Shown: positions 26,440 to 39,526 of the stretch, piece after piece
Numbering within the stretch: the first letter of the stretch is position 1
Layout of the letters: the number at the start of each line of letters is the position of its first letter
Assembly (NCBI GenBank): GCA_951406725.2
Contig: OX597814.1
Coordinates: 76,384,001-76,448,000 of the forward strand
Source of the DNA: Octopus vulgaris
Lineage: Eukaryota
Length of the DNA: 64,000 nucleotides
Direction: 5' to 3'
The notes under the pieces: model-generated
Told to the model about the DNA's origin: nothing
Seen by the model: only the letters and a program-made list of their open reading frames with translations
Databases searched by the model: none
Program-made: the position numbers and the translations under genes

Positions 26440-28010
26440 TCTTGTCTGTCTGTATTGAGATAAACAAGGAAAAACCGGTTTGCCCCTCCCTAAGGGAGAA
26501 AATGGCAAGGAAAAATGTTTTTTACAAGCCTCAGTGAGTCGGACCTGTCGACCTCTGAGGAGGAACTGGAAAAGGCAGTGAGAAAATTGGACAGAGCACT
26601 CGAAGAAAAAATAACATACGTGCAAACGACGAAGTCAATGGAAAAAGAGATAGACCTGGCTAAGTTGCCAGGTTATCAAAAATTTGTTACGAAGGTCGGT
26701 GGTGAAGTTGAATTGTCGCCGCCAAGGAAAAGAAGAGACTGGTATGAGAAGAGGACCATTACGTATAGAGTATTTGCCAACAAAAAAAGGAGAATAGAGT
26801 TGGTCGGCATGGAAATGGTAAAGGAAGCACTGAGAATAACGGAAAAGGAGGTAGCGTTTCTCGCAAGAGGCGTTGGGTACAGCACCGTGGTTTTACAATT
26901 TAAAACTGAAAAAATGGCAAGGAGAAGGTCGGCGAAAACAATAAAGTCAGAGAAGGTATTCCTTCTGCCCTCGTATCTGGGAAGGAGGACGACCCGGATC
27001 AGGATGGAAAGAATACCACCAGACATAGACGGAGAGTGGATTATGGCAGCTATCATCAGTGCTAATGAAGATAAGGTGGACATTCTTCATGCCACGGTGA
27101 AGGACGAGGGAGGATGGAGAGGAGCAGTACTGGAGATGAATGTCCAGGCGGAATCGGAGGTGTTGAAACAACTGGCCGAGAATATAACAATGGGAAACAT
27201 CATTATGAGAGTATGGGTGGAGGGCAGAGCTCCTCGTTGTTACAAATGTGGCTTGAAGGGCCACATAAGAGCTAACTGTCCTCCCCCAACAAAAGAACAA
27301 AGAAAAGAACCAGCAAGAGAGGTAGAGGAACCCCAGGAGGAGCAGAATACAGCGGAAGAGAAGCAAGTGGACGAGGAGGAATTACTAGCAGAATGGGAAT
27401 CCATGGGAAGAAGGAGGAAGAGAAGGAGAAAAAAGCAAACTGTTCTGAACCCCAACCCACCTCATCACCACCCGCACCCTTTGTAGCCCACCCTTCCTCT
27501 GCAGATACTGAACCCACCCGCTCCCCACCAAGAAAACAAAAAAAAGATAACACAGACACACAGGATAACTTTTAAAATTCTTGTCCCCATATATTAGGTG
27601 TAATAAACAAGGAAGAAATACGTGAAATATTGAGGGACTGGGGAAAGGGGGAATTGCAAGACAGCTGGGATATGGCGGGGTTGATGTATGTAGTAATATC
27701 AGAGGACCAAGAAAACGAACTCAAGGAAAAACTTTAAAAAAGTTATAAATTGATTAGGAAAATAATTGAACCGGATAAGAGATATGAACTGGAATAAATA
27801 TATGGGATGAAACTGGAGGACTACATGTTTTTTATATTGATATAGGGAAGAAGGACAGGTAAGTGATGTTATCGGATGGGGCCGTTAACATCGTTTTCAT
27901 TTCTCATTTTCTCAATTTTTCATCTTTCATACGTTTCTGTATTTTTGTGATGTCCCCAATGTTTGTAATGCCCCCCTCTATGTAAGCCCTTTATAGGTAA
28001 TAAAAAATAA
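26440..28010 (+). mobile_element. ORF1-only L1/Tx1-type non-LTR element (HAL1-like)
   Basis: ORF 26515-27486 with CYKCGLKGHIRANC knuckle and acidic/basic tail; decayed continuation to ~27840; then T-rich 3' UTR and aataaaaaataa. No APE or RT. Confidence 0.7.
26515..27486 (+). CDS. LINE ORF1-like nucleic-acid-binding protein with CCHC zinc knuckle (323 aa, frameshifted C-terminus)
   Basis: WVEGRAPRCYKCGLKGHIRANCP; long purine-rich open frame. Confidence 0.7.
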   Translation: MFFTSLSESDLSTSEEELEKAVRKLDRALEEKITYVQTTKSMEKEIDLAKLPGYQKFVTKVGGEVELSPPRKRRDWYEKRTITYRVFANKKRRIELVGMEMVKEALRITEKEVAFLARGVGYSTVVLQFKTEKMARRRSAKTIKSEKVFLLPSYLGRRTTRIRMERIPPDIDGEWIMAAIISANEDKVDILHATVKDEGGWRGAVLEMNVQAESEVLKQLAENITMGNIIMRVWVEGRAPRCYKCGLKGHIRANCPPPTKEQRKEPAREVEEPQEEQNTAEEKQVDEEELLAEWESMGRRRKRRRKKQTVLNPNPPHHHPHPL

Positions 28011-28334
28011 GTAATGTCTGTTTTCTTGAACATATGCTTCCACTGAGTACTGCTTTTGGTTTATTTCTTATCCATAAAGGGCTATAGCTTTTGCTGAGTA
28101 CTGCTTTTTGATTCACCATAAGGTTTGTTATTATTATTATTACTGTTTAACTATTATCACATTTGTTGGTTCCTCGTAAGGGAAGCGTTGTTGTGTTGCA
28201 TTTGTTAAATAATTGTAAACCGTAACCCTCCCCCTTTGAGAGAAGGAGCTTTGGTTATTGTTTAAAAATTGAATTGTGTCCCTGTTTGGGGAAATTGACA
28301 ATATTTTCACCGTTTATATGGAAGTATTTTTGTT

Positions 28335-28900
28335 AATATGCCTTCGATAGAAGAAAGTCCAAAAATGAATTTCGCTGCAGCCATCGGCGGGCGCGAACTC
28401 ATTAAAATTAAAATGGAAGAAATACAAACCTATTTCAGAATGATCCCCGACAAAGACGGTAAATCTAGGATAACACCACAAACGAAATAAAAAATTAAAT
28501 TAAAGAAAAGACTATTGTCTATAAAGTATACAATGTAGAGAAAAAAAAAAGATTTGAACACCTGGAGGAAAGCACCATCGAAAAGTGTCTTGGTGCGACT
28601 ATGAAAGATATCAAGTATCTAACTAGAGGCGGTAAATTCACCACAATAGAAGCAAGGTTCGAGTCAACGGAGCGTGCAAGGGAGTACTCGACTCGAACCT
28701 TGCAAAGTGGAAATATTTTATTTCTACCTTTATATCTGGGACGTAGGACATCCCTGATAAAAATTTAAAATGTCCCCCCAGAAGTAGAGGTAGGCTGGAT
28801 TGTAGCCACACTTCTATACAAGAGGGAGGACAAGATACAATTGATCGAAATTGCAAGAGACAGACCTACAATTCCAGTCTGTTATATATTTTGAGTATTG
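28335..28900 (+). pseudogene. Divergent, decayed paralog of the ORF1 at 26515
   Basis: Hand translation TMKDIKYLTRGGKFTTIEARFESTERAREYSTRTLQSGNILFLPLYLGRRT aligns with TEKEVAFLARGVGYSTVVLQFKTEKMARRRSAKTIKSEKVFLLPSYLGRRT. Confidence 0.7.
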
Positions 28901-29633
28901 TTATCACTAGCGATATCAAGATATAACTTTGTATTTTGTATTTTATGTGTAGATATATATATATAGATGTACATGTAATATGTACACATATATATATACA
29001 CATATATACATGCATAATATAGCCACCCATACACACATACATAGGAGCAGGTGTGGCTGTGTAGTAACAAACTACGTTCCAAACACATGGTCCTGGGTTC
29101 AGTCCCACTGTATGGTGACTTGGCATGTGTCTTCTGCTATAGCCTCAGACCAACCAAAGCCTTCTCAGTGGATTTTGTACATATATACAGGCATACATAC
29201 ATATATATATGTGCATATGTACATATTCAGCATAAACACTCTACCACTACTACTAATAACTGTTGGGAACACTTTCAAACCTGCCTTATATTCGAACCGG
29301 AATCTCAAAAACATTGTCCTCTTACATCTCATTCTCATTTCATTCCCAACACAGAGAAATAAAACTTACTTCTCACTACAGGACAATGGAAGATGGTAAC
29401 AGATATTTACCACATCCTGCCTTATCAAGTGAAGTATATTGTCATCCACTTCACCTCTAACCTTCATAGCGTAGGGACAATTCAAATGACCCCACACCAC
29501 TATACCACCACTGATACCTTCATCCTTCTAGCTGTCTACTTTCTTATAAATACGACAGAATTCATTTCCAGCCAAATAATATTCGCAACACAATTCATAA
29601 TCACTCCGTCCGTTCCTATTACTATTTCTCTCG

Positions 29634-29858
29634 TCTATATATATAAAAGTGAGAATTGTGTCTGTCTGTCTGTCTTTGTGAATCCCTAAAACTTGAGAAC
29701 TACACAACCGATTTCATTCAAATTTTAGACATGCCTTACTTAGTGCTATAGGCAAAACAAAATGTTTAACTTCTTGCCTAGAGCGAGCCCACAGTAATAT
29801 CATATCTTCTCCTCTATTTCAGTCTTATGTGTTAAAAGTGAAACAAAAACATCTCTCT
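29634..29858 (+). mobile_element. Helitron-type 5' segment (copy B)
   Basis: TCtatatatataaaagtgagaattgtgtctgtctgtctg start; similar to 25790-26020. Confidence 0.55.
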
Positions 29859-29859
29859 A

Positions 29860-29905
<46 letters not shown>

Positions 29906-29916
29906 ATATATGGATG

Positions 29917-29973
<57 letters not shown>

Positions 29974-29999
29974 ATATATATATAGCTGTATATGTATAC

Positions 30000-30049
<50 letters not shown>

Positions 30050-30611
30050 ATGTATTTCTATAGATATACATGTATGTGTATACATGTATATCTAGATGTA
30101 TATATATATAAATGTACATGTAATATGTACATATATATACACCCATATACACACATACACACATACCCACACACACACACACGCACACACACACATACAT
30201 AGGTGCAGGTGTGGCTGTGTGGTAACAAACTTGGTTCCAAAACACATGGTCCTCAGTTCAGTCCCACTGTGTGGTAACTTGCATGTGTCTTCTGCTATAG
30301 CCTCAGACCAACCAAAGCCTTGTCAGTGGATTTTGTAGACAGAAACTGAAAGAAATCAATTGTATGTATATGTATATATGTAAGTCTATGTCTGTGTCTT
30401 TGTGTTTCTCTCTCATCACTGTTTCACAACTGGTGTTTGTTTATTTACATCCCCATAACTTACTGGGTTCACAAGAAGAAACTGATAGAATAAGCACCAG
30501 GCTTATCAAAATATAAAAAAGCACTACGCAGTGTCTCATATTTTTGTTTGCCCACTCAGTTGTATCTATCAATTTATCTTTGTGTGTGTGTGTGTGTGTG
30601 TGTGTGTATGC

Positions 30612-30642
<31 letters not shown>

Positions 30643-30693
30643 TATATGGATTTCGTAGACAGGAACTGAAACAAATCAATCGTATATATATGT

Positions 30694-33329
30694 GTGTGTT
30701 TTGGTATTGGCAACATGAATGACAATGGTCAGAGACTACTTGAATTTTGCACATACCATAACCTGTGCATCACTAACACATTCTTTGCCAACAAGACATC
30801 CCACAAGGCATCTTGGAGACATCCAAGATCGCACCACTGGCATCAGCTGGATCTCATCATTACACGAAGATCCTTTCTGAATTCTGTTCAACTGACCCAT
30901 AGTTACCACAGCATGGATTGTGATACAGATCATTCACTAATAAGAAGCAGGGTGAGGATTCTGCCTAAAAAAGACCATCACGCCAAGAAAATGGGCCGAC
31001 TACACATTAACACTGCCAGAACCTCGGACCCTACACTGCGACAATGTTTTGCTGTTTCTATCAAGGTTGCCCTCAGTAGCTGCCCAACCTCCTCTGCTGA
31101 AAGTAGGTGGAATTATATCAGGGAAGCTTTGTATACCATATCAATAGATACTTTCGGCATGAGAGAAAGACAAAACCCAGATTGGTTCAGTGCTGGGCTC
31201 TCAGAGCTGGAAGCAGTTATCGAAGCAAAGCGTGCTGCTCTGATGCTATACAAAAGTGATTCTTCTACAAAGTCACTCGAAGAACTCAGAAAGGCAAGAA
31301 ATAAAACCCAACTGACTGCCAGACGCTGTGCAAATAGGTATTGACAGGAAATCTGTCAGAGCATCCAGTCAGCTGCTGACAGTGGCGACACCCGTGGGAT
31401 GTATGCCGGTTTGAAGAAGGCCCTCGGTCCATCCACAACCAAGTAAGCCCCTCTGAAATCAACTACTGGAGATCTCATCAAGGACCAAAGCAAGCAGATG
31501 GATAGATGGGTGAAGTACTACCAGAATCTCTACTCACGGGAGACCACGGTAGCTGAGTCTGCAATCGAATCTTGCCAGTCATGTGCGAACTTGACAGTCT
31601 GCCATCTATAGCAGAGCTCACCATGGCTATTGACTCCCTAGAAAGTAACAAGGCTCCGGGAAAAGACAGCATCCCCTTAGAGATCATCAAAACCAGCAAA
31701 AACATCATCCTGCTTTGGCACCTTCATGAGCTTCTGTGTCAGTGCTGGGAAGAGGGTACAGTCTTTCAGGATATGCGGGATCCTAATATGATTACGATTT
31801 ACAAATACAAAGGTGACCGTGGTGATCGTAACAATTACCATGGAATATCGCTTCTAAGCACTGTTGGAACGGCCTTTGCTCACATTATCCTGTCCAGGCT
31901 ACAACTGCTAGCTTCTCGAATTTATCCAGAATTGCAGTGTGGCTTTAGAAGAAGCAGATCAACTATTGAAATGATATTCTCCATACGCCAACTTCAGGAG
32001 AAGTCCAGAGAGCAGAAAATGCCATTATATATGGCTTTCATTGATCAAACACAGGCCTTTGACTTGGTAAGTAGAAAAGGCCTCTCCATCCTGCTCCAAA
32101 ATATCGGATGTTCACCAAAGCTGCTGAGGATCATCAAATCTTTCCATGATGATCTGCAAGGCAACATGCAGCACAATGGTTCAACATCAGCCGCCTTCCA
32201 AATAAAAAATGAGGTAAAGCAAGGTTTTGTCCTTGCTCCTACATTATTTGGTATCTTCTTGCTGCTGCTGTCACATGCCTTTGAAACATCAGATGATGGA
32301 GTATTTCTGCACAGTAGAAGTGATGGGAAACTGTTCAATCTCTCGTGTCTGCATGCCAAGACCAAAATCAGAAGCGTCCTGATCTAGGAGATGCTATTTG
32401 CTGATGATGCCACTCTGGTATCACACACAGAAAAAGCCATACAAAGGCTCATCAAGCATGTGGCAACTTTGGCTTAGTTATCAGCCTCAAGAAGACCAAC
32501 ATCATGGGTCAGGCTACATCAGACATCCCAAACATACATATTGGAGATCACAGACTACAAGAGGTGAAGTTTACCTATCTTGGCTCTACCGTCACCTACA
32601 ACCTATCCCTTGATGTTGAGCTCAATAAGCTGACCAAGACCACAAAAATGAAGATTTACCAGGCATGTGTACTTAGCACTCTACTGTATGGAAGTGAGAC
32701 TTGGACGCCATACACACACCAAGAGCTTCACCTAAATATCTTTCACCTGTGCTGCCTCTGGAAAATCCTTCGCATCAAATGGCAGAATCATGTCCCCAAC
32801 AAAGATGTCCTCAAGCAAGCAGGAATACCAAGCATGTTTGCACTCCTCACACAAAGACATATGAGATGGCTTGGACATGTATGGAAGATGGCAGAATCCC
32901 CAAGGACATACTCAACGGAAAGCTTGCTAGGGGCACTAGATCTGTGGGAAGACCGTTCTTACGATACAAGGATATTTGCAAAAGGGACATGAATGCCTGC
33001 AACATCAATATTACCAACTGGGAAGCAGTTGCCAGCAACCGTGGACATTGATGACGTACCATAAAAGAGGGAACACAAAGGAGTGACATAGAGAGAAAGA
33101 GAAGAAATGGAAAGACAAGAAAAGACGTCAACAAGAAACTATGACATTACAACCAGCCAGGCAAAGTCTTCGTTACATTTGCGACACCTGCCAGAGGGAG
33201 TGTTTGTCCAGGATAGGACTACACAGCCAAAGCAGCAAATGTATTAGGACATGAAATGTAAAAGCCAGACTAGATTATTTTATGCACAATTCCATTGTCT
33301 TCCGAGACAAAAAGGATGCCAACAACAAT
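30694..33329 (+). mobile_element. 5'-truncated RTE-clade LINE family C with ~54-bp TSD
   Basis: APE C-half (WRHPRSHHWHQLD, CDTDH), RT (KAPGKDSI, QCGFR, EVKQG, FADD), 3' attgtcttccgagacaaaaaggatgcc(aac)n. Flanked by direct repeats 30640-30693 and 33330-33383. Confidence 0.95.
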
Positions 33330-33621
33330 ATATATATGGATTTCGTAGACAGGAACTGAAACAAATCAATCGTATATATATGTATGTATATATGTAAGTC
33401 TATGTGTGTGTCTTTGTGTTTCTCCCTCATCACTGCTTCACAACTGCTGTTCATTTATTTACATCCACATAACTTACTGGTTTCACAAGAACAAACTAAT
33501 AGAATAAGTACCAGGCTTATCAACATAAAAAAAGCACTAGGCTGTGTCTCATATTTTTGTTTGCCCACTCTATCTATCAATTTATCTTTGTATGTGTGTA
33601 TGTGTGTATATATCTATATCT

Positions 33622-33649
<28 letters not shown>

Positions 33650-33652
<3 letters not shown>

Positions 33653-34959
33653 TATATAAAGCACCCTAATGGGAGCCTTAACTCCCAAATTTTAGTCATT
33701 TCTTTTATGATCCAAAACTAGGTCAAAAGTACTGAATGGATCTTTACGAAATTTGGAAATTATATTCTATGCATAAGGGCCATAACCCCCATGACAATTC
33801 ATATATTTGTGCTGTTGATGAAATTTTAACCATAGATATTAGACACAAATGAAGTAATATTTATAAAATTTCATCTTCTTACAAGTTAGGAAGACCCTGC
33901 CATGGGGACTTAACATCCACAATTTTGTTATTTTATCTAAGCAAAAACGAATACAGTTGTGCTCTTGGAATCTGTAGGGTTACCTGACCATAAAAGTTGG
34001 GCATTATTTCTTATTCAATGGTACAACAGAGTAACAATTTGCTTTGACATACACTTACATTGTGATTTCTGTAATGTGGTGCATAAATTGTCAAGTAAAT
34101 GAGAGGCATCTTTGCCTCCACTGATTCAGTTGCAAAGTGTTGAGTAAAGTTATTTGATTGCACACCTCCTTTCAGTTTTTTTATTATCACGCAGTCACAC
34201 ATAGTCCCCGGATGGTAACATTCATTTCATGGCCTTCCCAGATGAGTAACTGGTTATTCAAAGACATTTATAGATTGTAAATTTATTTTGTCCAGTTACG
34301 TATCAGTATAGTCGTCATTTGCAAACTCCAGAGATGACACTTTAATTTCCCCTTAGCCCTCACGTCACACAGTTGTTAATATTGATTTCAGTTGGGTCAC
34401 ACCCTTCCAATTGCTATAGATTCGCAATGCATCTTACGGCTGTGCCTGTCACCTGGATAGGGATCCTACATTGGGAGTGGTAACGACTAGGACAGGGTAA
34501 CTGACTGCTTATTGCAATCATTCATCTTTTGGTTTCCTGTAGCTTTGCTCTCTTTTACAAACCCAGTGGACATATATTTCCTATTTCAAAGAAATTCAAA
34601 CAATAGATATAAGACCCAAGTTAAAAAGATTCTCAACAATTCAACTTCTCTTGTTGACATTAAGATGCCCACCCCCAACAGGGGCCTTAACTCTCACATG
34701 ACCTTCATTTTTCAGGAGCAAAATCTTTTTAACAGGTTCTTTAAGACTGGAATTTTGGAATATGCGCATAAAAGTCAGTAGTATAGGATACATGTGGCAC
34801 GATTACAATTTTTTAGGGTGTGTAAAGAGGGAAATAACCCTCATCTGTAATTTTGATGAAATTCGAAACATAGATATTCCAGTTCATTACAGAAAATATA
34901 ACAGAAAAGTCTAATTCTTCAATTGAATGTAACCGGGCAACGCCGGGTATCTCTGCTAG
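33650..34959 (+). mobile_element. Helitron 3' part with terminal hairpin and CTAG
   Basis: accgggcaacgccgggt hairpin at 34932-34948, followed by CTAG (34956-34959) then T. Confidence 0.6.
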
Positions 34960-34961
34960 TA

Positions 34962-34999
<38 letters not shown>

Positions 35000-35590
35000 C
35001 GACAGGCTTCTTTCAGTTTCCATCTCCCAAATCCGCTCACAAGGCTTTGGTGAGCCTGACGCTATAGTAGAAGACACTTGTCCAAGATGTCATGCAACGG
35101 GACCAAACCAGGAACCATGTGGTCGGGAAGCAACTTCTTACCTCTGTAAAATCTTTCTTGTATCTAATTTGCTAACATAATTTATTGATTTGAAACCTAA
35201 TGAAATTTCATTATTTCACTCATGTATCATTAGTCTGAAATTTATAGCAGATTTGAACTTCCGTCATTTTTTTATAGGTGTGAAACTTATTGAATATTTG
35301 AATTTTTAGCATGTAATTTTGCTAAGAAACCTATCGGACATTCGATTTTTAAGGATGTTTTATCACTCTAAAACTTTCTCTTCTGCATTGTCTTTCTTTT
35401 AAACTTTTTTTTAATCTTATATTTACTGTTGAAAAAAAAGCAAGAAATTGTTGAGACAAGTATGTTATATTAATATCCCTTCTCTTTTTAAAAATTTAAA
35501 AGATACAGTTCATTTTAAGATTCAGGTGTATTGTTAACCCCAAAGCCAATTCTCCTACATTCTTGTGTGGAAGTAAATCCTTTTTCACTT

Positions 35591-35627
<37 letters not shown>

Positions 35628-35628
<1 letters not shown>

Positions 35629-35830
35629 TCATCATCATCATCATCATCATTTAACGTCCAACCTCCATTCTGGCATAGGTTTGATGGTTTGACAGGAGAT
35701 GGCAAGCCAAAGGACTGCGTCAAGCTCTCTTGTTTACTTGGCATGGTTTCTGCAGCTGGATGCCCTTTGTGATGCCAACCACTTTACAAAGTGGACAGGA
35801 TACTTTTTACTTGGCACCAATACCAGCAAA
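35628..35830 (-). mobile_element. RTE-A 3' end fragment or partner SINE tail
   Basis: (cat)n-ttaacgtcc...cagctggatgccctt...gccaaccact. Confidence 0.65.
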
Positions 35831-35844
35831 GTCTGCCTTAGCAT

Positions 35845-36290
35845 GGTTTTACAATCCAGTGTGACTCAGTGATTGATGTTCAGAGACCAGACATTGATAT
35901 CGTGGATAAAGGAAGAAGGAAGCCAAGATCATAAATATTACCATATTTGGAGATGCATGAGTTGGTGCCAAAGAGCTGGAAAAGACTGAAAAGTGAAAGC
36001 TACTAAAAGATGAAATTGCACAAATGTCAGCAAAGAAAAGAGTAACTGTCATCCCAGTAGTTGCAGGGGCACTGTTTGAGAAATTAGTTGGAGAAATTGG
36101 GATTGACATAAGGGTAGAACATGCTCGTAAAATTATATTGTTATATTGAGGACAGCAAGGATCTTGAGATTGGTACTTGTGGAAAGAGACCATGTGAGAC
36201 CTTTGACAACAGGTTGTTGGCCACTCTTACATAATTAACTGGAGCAAGTGAAATTGAGAGCTCCAAGGTGTGAAATGCAAATAATAATAA
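35845..36290 (+). mobile_element. 3' remnant of a restriction-like-endonuclease LINE (R4/Dong-like)
   Basis: Hand translation IQCDSVIDVQRPDIDIVDK...KELEKTEK...VTVIPVVAGAL (PD-D/ExK-type RLE); ends in (AAT)n. Confidence 0.7.
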
Positions 36291-36673
36291 ACCTGTTGCA
36301 CCCTGTATATATTGCCCTGTCATCTACTTTTGAAAAGATAGATTTAACCATTGAGAGTTAAGTATCTTAAACTAGAATGCAGCACAGTGGCAGTGCTAAG
36401 ATAGAATATGCCAACATTTCTGCTGATTGTAGTTATTGTTTAGTCCAAGTTAGCTTGGAACAAAATCTTATGGCCGAAGACATTTAAACAGTGATATTCT
36501 CATCTTTTTCCAGTATTCAGTATCCCCAGGTCCCCATTATCCCAAATTTTCTTTTCTATGTCTGGCATTTTCTATTGTCTTTCATTTGTATAATAAAACT
36601 CAACTGTGTGTGTGTGTGTGTGCACGTGCGCATGTGTGTGTGTGTGTGCACGCGCGCATGTGTGTGTGAGTGT

Positions 36674-36724
<51 letters not shown>

Positions 36725-37087
36725 TCTCTCTCTCTCTCTCTCTCTCCCTCTCCCTCTTTCTCTGCTTTAAAATGGAAGAAACAATATTTGAAAACAGTAC
36801 TTAAGTCATACTAATTGATTGTGATGGTCAAACAAACAAAAGCCAAGCTGGATAAAAGATTTCCTACTAAAAGCTCAATCGTTGTGAAATACATTATAAA
36901 TCTTGTTATTAATCATGTTAAATAAAGATTAATTTTTTTTCACAAACCACAACAATTTAAAGTTATTGCTGTTTAAGAGGATGAGAGATAAATCTTCCCT
37001 TCAGTGAGCACTAGTTCTATTGCAGATTACTTTACAAAGTGAATTGTGTATCTGTTTTCCAGTTAGATATACTCTTTTACTCTTTAC

Positions 37088-37490
37088 TCTTTTACTTGTT
37101 TCAGTCATTTGACTGTGGCCATGCTGGAGCACCGCCTTTAGTCGAGCAACTCGACCCCGGGACTTATTCTTTTTGTAAGCCCAGTACTTATTCTATCGGT
37201 CTCTTTTTGCTGAACCGCTAAGTGACGGGGACGTAAACACACCAGCATCGGTTGTTAAGCAATACTAGGGGAACAAACACAGACACACAAACACACACAC
37301 ATACATATATATATATATACATATATACGACAGGCTTCTTTCAGTTTCCGTCTACCAAATCCACTCACAAGGCATTGGTCAGCCCGGGGCTATAGCAGAA
37401 GACACTTGCCCAAGATGCCACGCAGTGGGACTGAACCCAGAACCATGAGGTAGGTTAGCAAGCTACTTACCACGCAGCCACTCCTGCGCC
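37088..37490 (-). mobile_element. Well-preserved full-length SINE family a
   Basis: Minus head ggcgcaggagtggctgcgtggtaag (A box)...ggttcagtccc (B box), central (CA)/(TA), tail (aaaagagt)n. Other copies near 25540, 29045, 30200, 34995, 38270, 39385, 41850, 51235 and 54550. Confidence 0.85.
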
Positions 37491-38494
37491 TTAGATATAC
37501 TAATGAAATAGATATACTAATAAAATTAAAATGGTTTCCTTGATTAAGAAAACATTGTCTTGTTATACGAATTTATCTGCTGGAACTTAATCTCCTTAAC
37601 TGTATGACTACTATAATCTTATGAGTTTATTTCAAAAAAAATTTACATGCATAAATTTTGTATGGTTTGCATACACTCATGCACATTAACACACAAAAAC
37701 ATATGCATGAAAACCAAACTCTTATGATCAGATACAAAACCACATACAGTCAACCAAACCCGTGTGTGCGTGTGTGTGTATTACAAACTATGATGACTTT
37801 TTATGCTGAGGCCAGCCTCATGCTGTGTCTGACAGAAAATATGTATAAATTGCTCAGGTTTATTTAAGAATATGAGGATGCACAGGAAAAATCATCAGAA
37901 TGATCCAGAGCAACCAAGAAGTCAGAAGAATTTGTTAGAATGTCAAACCTCCAACAAGTTGCTAGTAGGATTCAGGAACCATTGTCATTCTCACATGTGA
38001 TGCAGGGATATATTTTATTTATTCAGCCATGGTTATACTTGTCTAATGAATCAACAACTGTTATATATGTACATATGCATGCCACCTTCTCCAAACACTA
38101 TTACTGAGTTGTTGTTGGAGTAGAATCCTCAGGCACCACTTTCATAGGGTCCTATCAGAAGCAACCATCATTACACATTTTCCAACTGGATTTACAAGTA
38201 TGACCAACTGAAATGATGGATATAACCTGACAGTCTCATTCTTGATCTACCCCTATATATTCTTTTATCCTTCTTTTAGTTGTTTCAGTCATTAGACTGT
38301 GGCCATGCTGGAACACCACCTTGAAGAGTTTCAGTTGAACACATTGACCCCAGGACTTAATATTTTTAAGCCTGGTAAGCTTTTTTATTTTATCAGTCTC
38401 TTTTGCCAAACTGCTAAGTTACAGGGACATAAACACACCAACAAAGGTTGTCAAGCAGTGTTGGGGGGACAAGCTCAGACACACACACATACAG

Positions 38495-38547
<53 letters not shown>

Positions 38548-38761
38548 ACTTCTTTCAGTTTCTGTCTACCAAATCCATTCACAAGGCTTTGGTCGACCCA
38601 AGGCTAGAGTAGAAGACACTTGCATAAGGTGCCACACAGTGGAACTGAACCTGGAACCATATAGTTGAGAATGAAGCTGTGTACCGCACAGCCATGCCTG
38701 CACACACACACACACACACACAGATACACATGCACACACACACATATGCACACACATATAT

Positions 38762-39200
38762 AATTATAAATAAGGGCAAAAGAAAAAAATTTTCAATGCC
38801 AACAAGCTAAAAAATAGACTTTAGATTATCTAACTACATACAATATTTTTCACTATAAATACACAGCATGTTGAAACAATGAAAGCAAGCAAACAGAAAT
38901 TTTTTAAATTCGTTATTCTAGGATTTGACCGTTTTCTGGATTAATCCAAAAGGATTCTTCCTTCTTCAGTGAGAAATGAAGTGTTTCTTGCTGAAGAAGG
39001 AAGAATCCTTTTGGATTAATCCAGAAATCAGTTTGATTTGGGAATAACGAATTTAAAAAAAATTTTGTTAGCTCGCTTTCCTCATTTCAGCACACTGTGT
39101 ATTTATAGTGAAAAATAATTGAATGTGGTTAGACGATCTAAAGTCTATTTTTCAGCATGATGGCATAGAAATTTCTTTTCTTTTGCCCTTGTTTTTAATT
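38762..39200. repeat. ~440-bp palindrome carrying a hammerhead-like motif on each arm
   Basis: Arms are reverse complements around ~38978. Motif CTGAAGA-agga...tcca-GAAA(acggtc). Confidence 0.75.
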
Positions 39201-39310
39201 GTTTATAATTTTCACCTTAAAAGGTATTTTAGTATGTTAGCCACTGATAAAAAATTTTTTTTGAAAAATGTTATCCTTATATTAGAAGTATATATATGTA
39301 TGTATGTATA

Positions 39311-39369
<59 letters not shown>

Positions 39370-39526
39370 ATACACACAAACACATGACAGGCTTCCTTCA
39401 GTTTCAGTGCACTCACAAGGCTTTGGTCAACCCGAGGATATAGCAGAAGACACCTGGCTAAGGCAGGTACTGAATCTGGAACCATGTGGTTGGGAAGCAA
39501 GCTTCATACCACACAGCCATGCCTGT

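Noticed and set aside
29825-30245. ORFs rich in [12 protein letters not shown] or MYVC here and throughout the window
   Set aside because: Translations of microsatellites.
37400-37490. A/B-box tRNA-like sequence
   Set aside because: SINE head without a full cloverleaf; not a tRNA gene.
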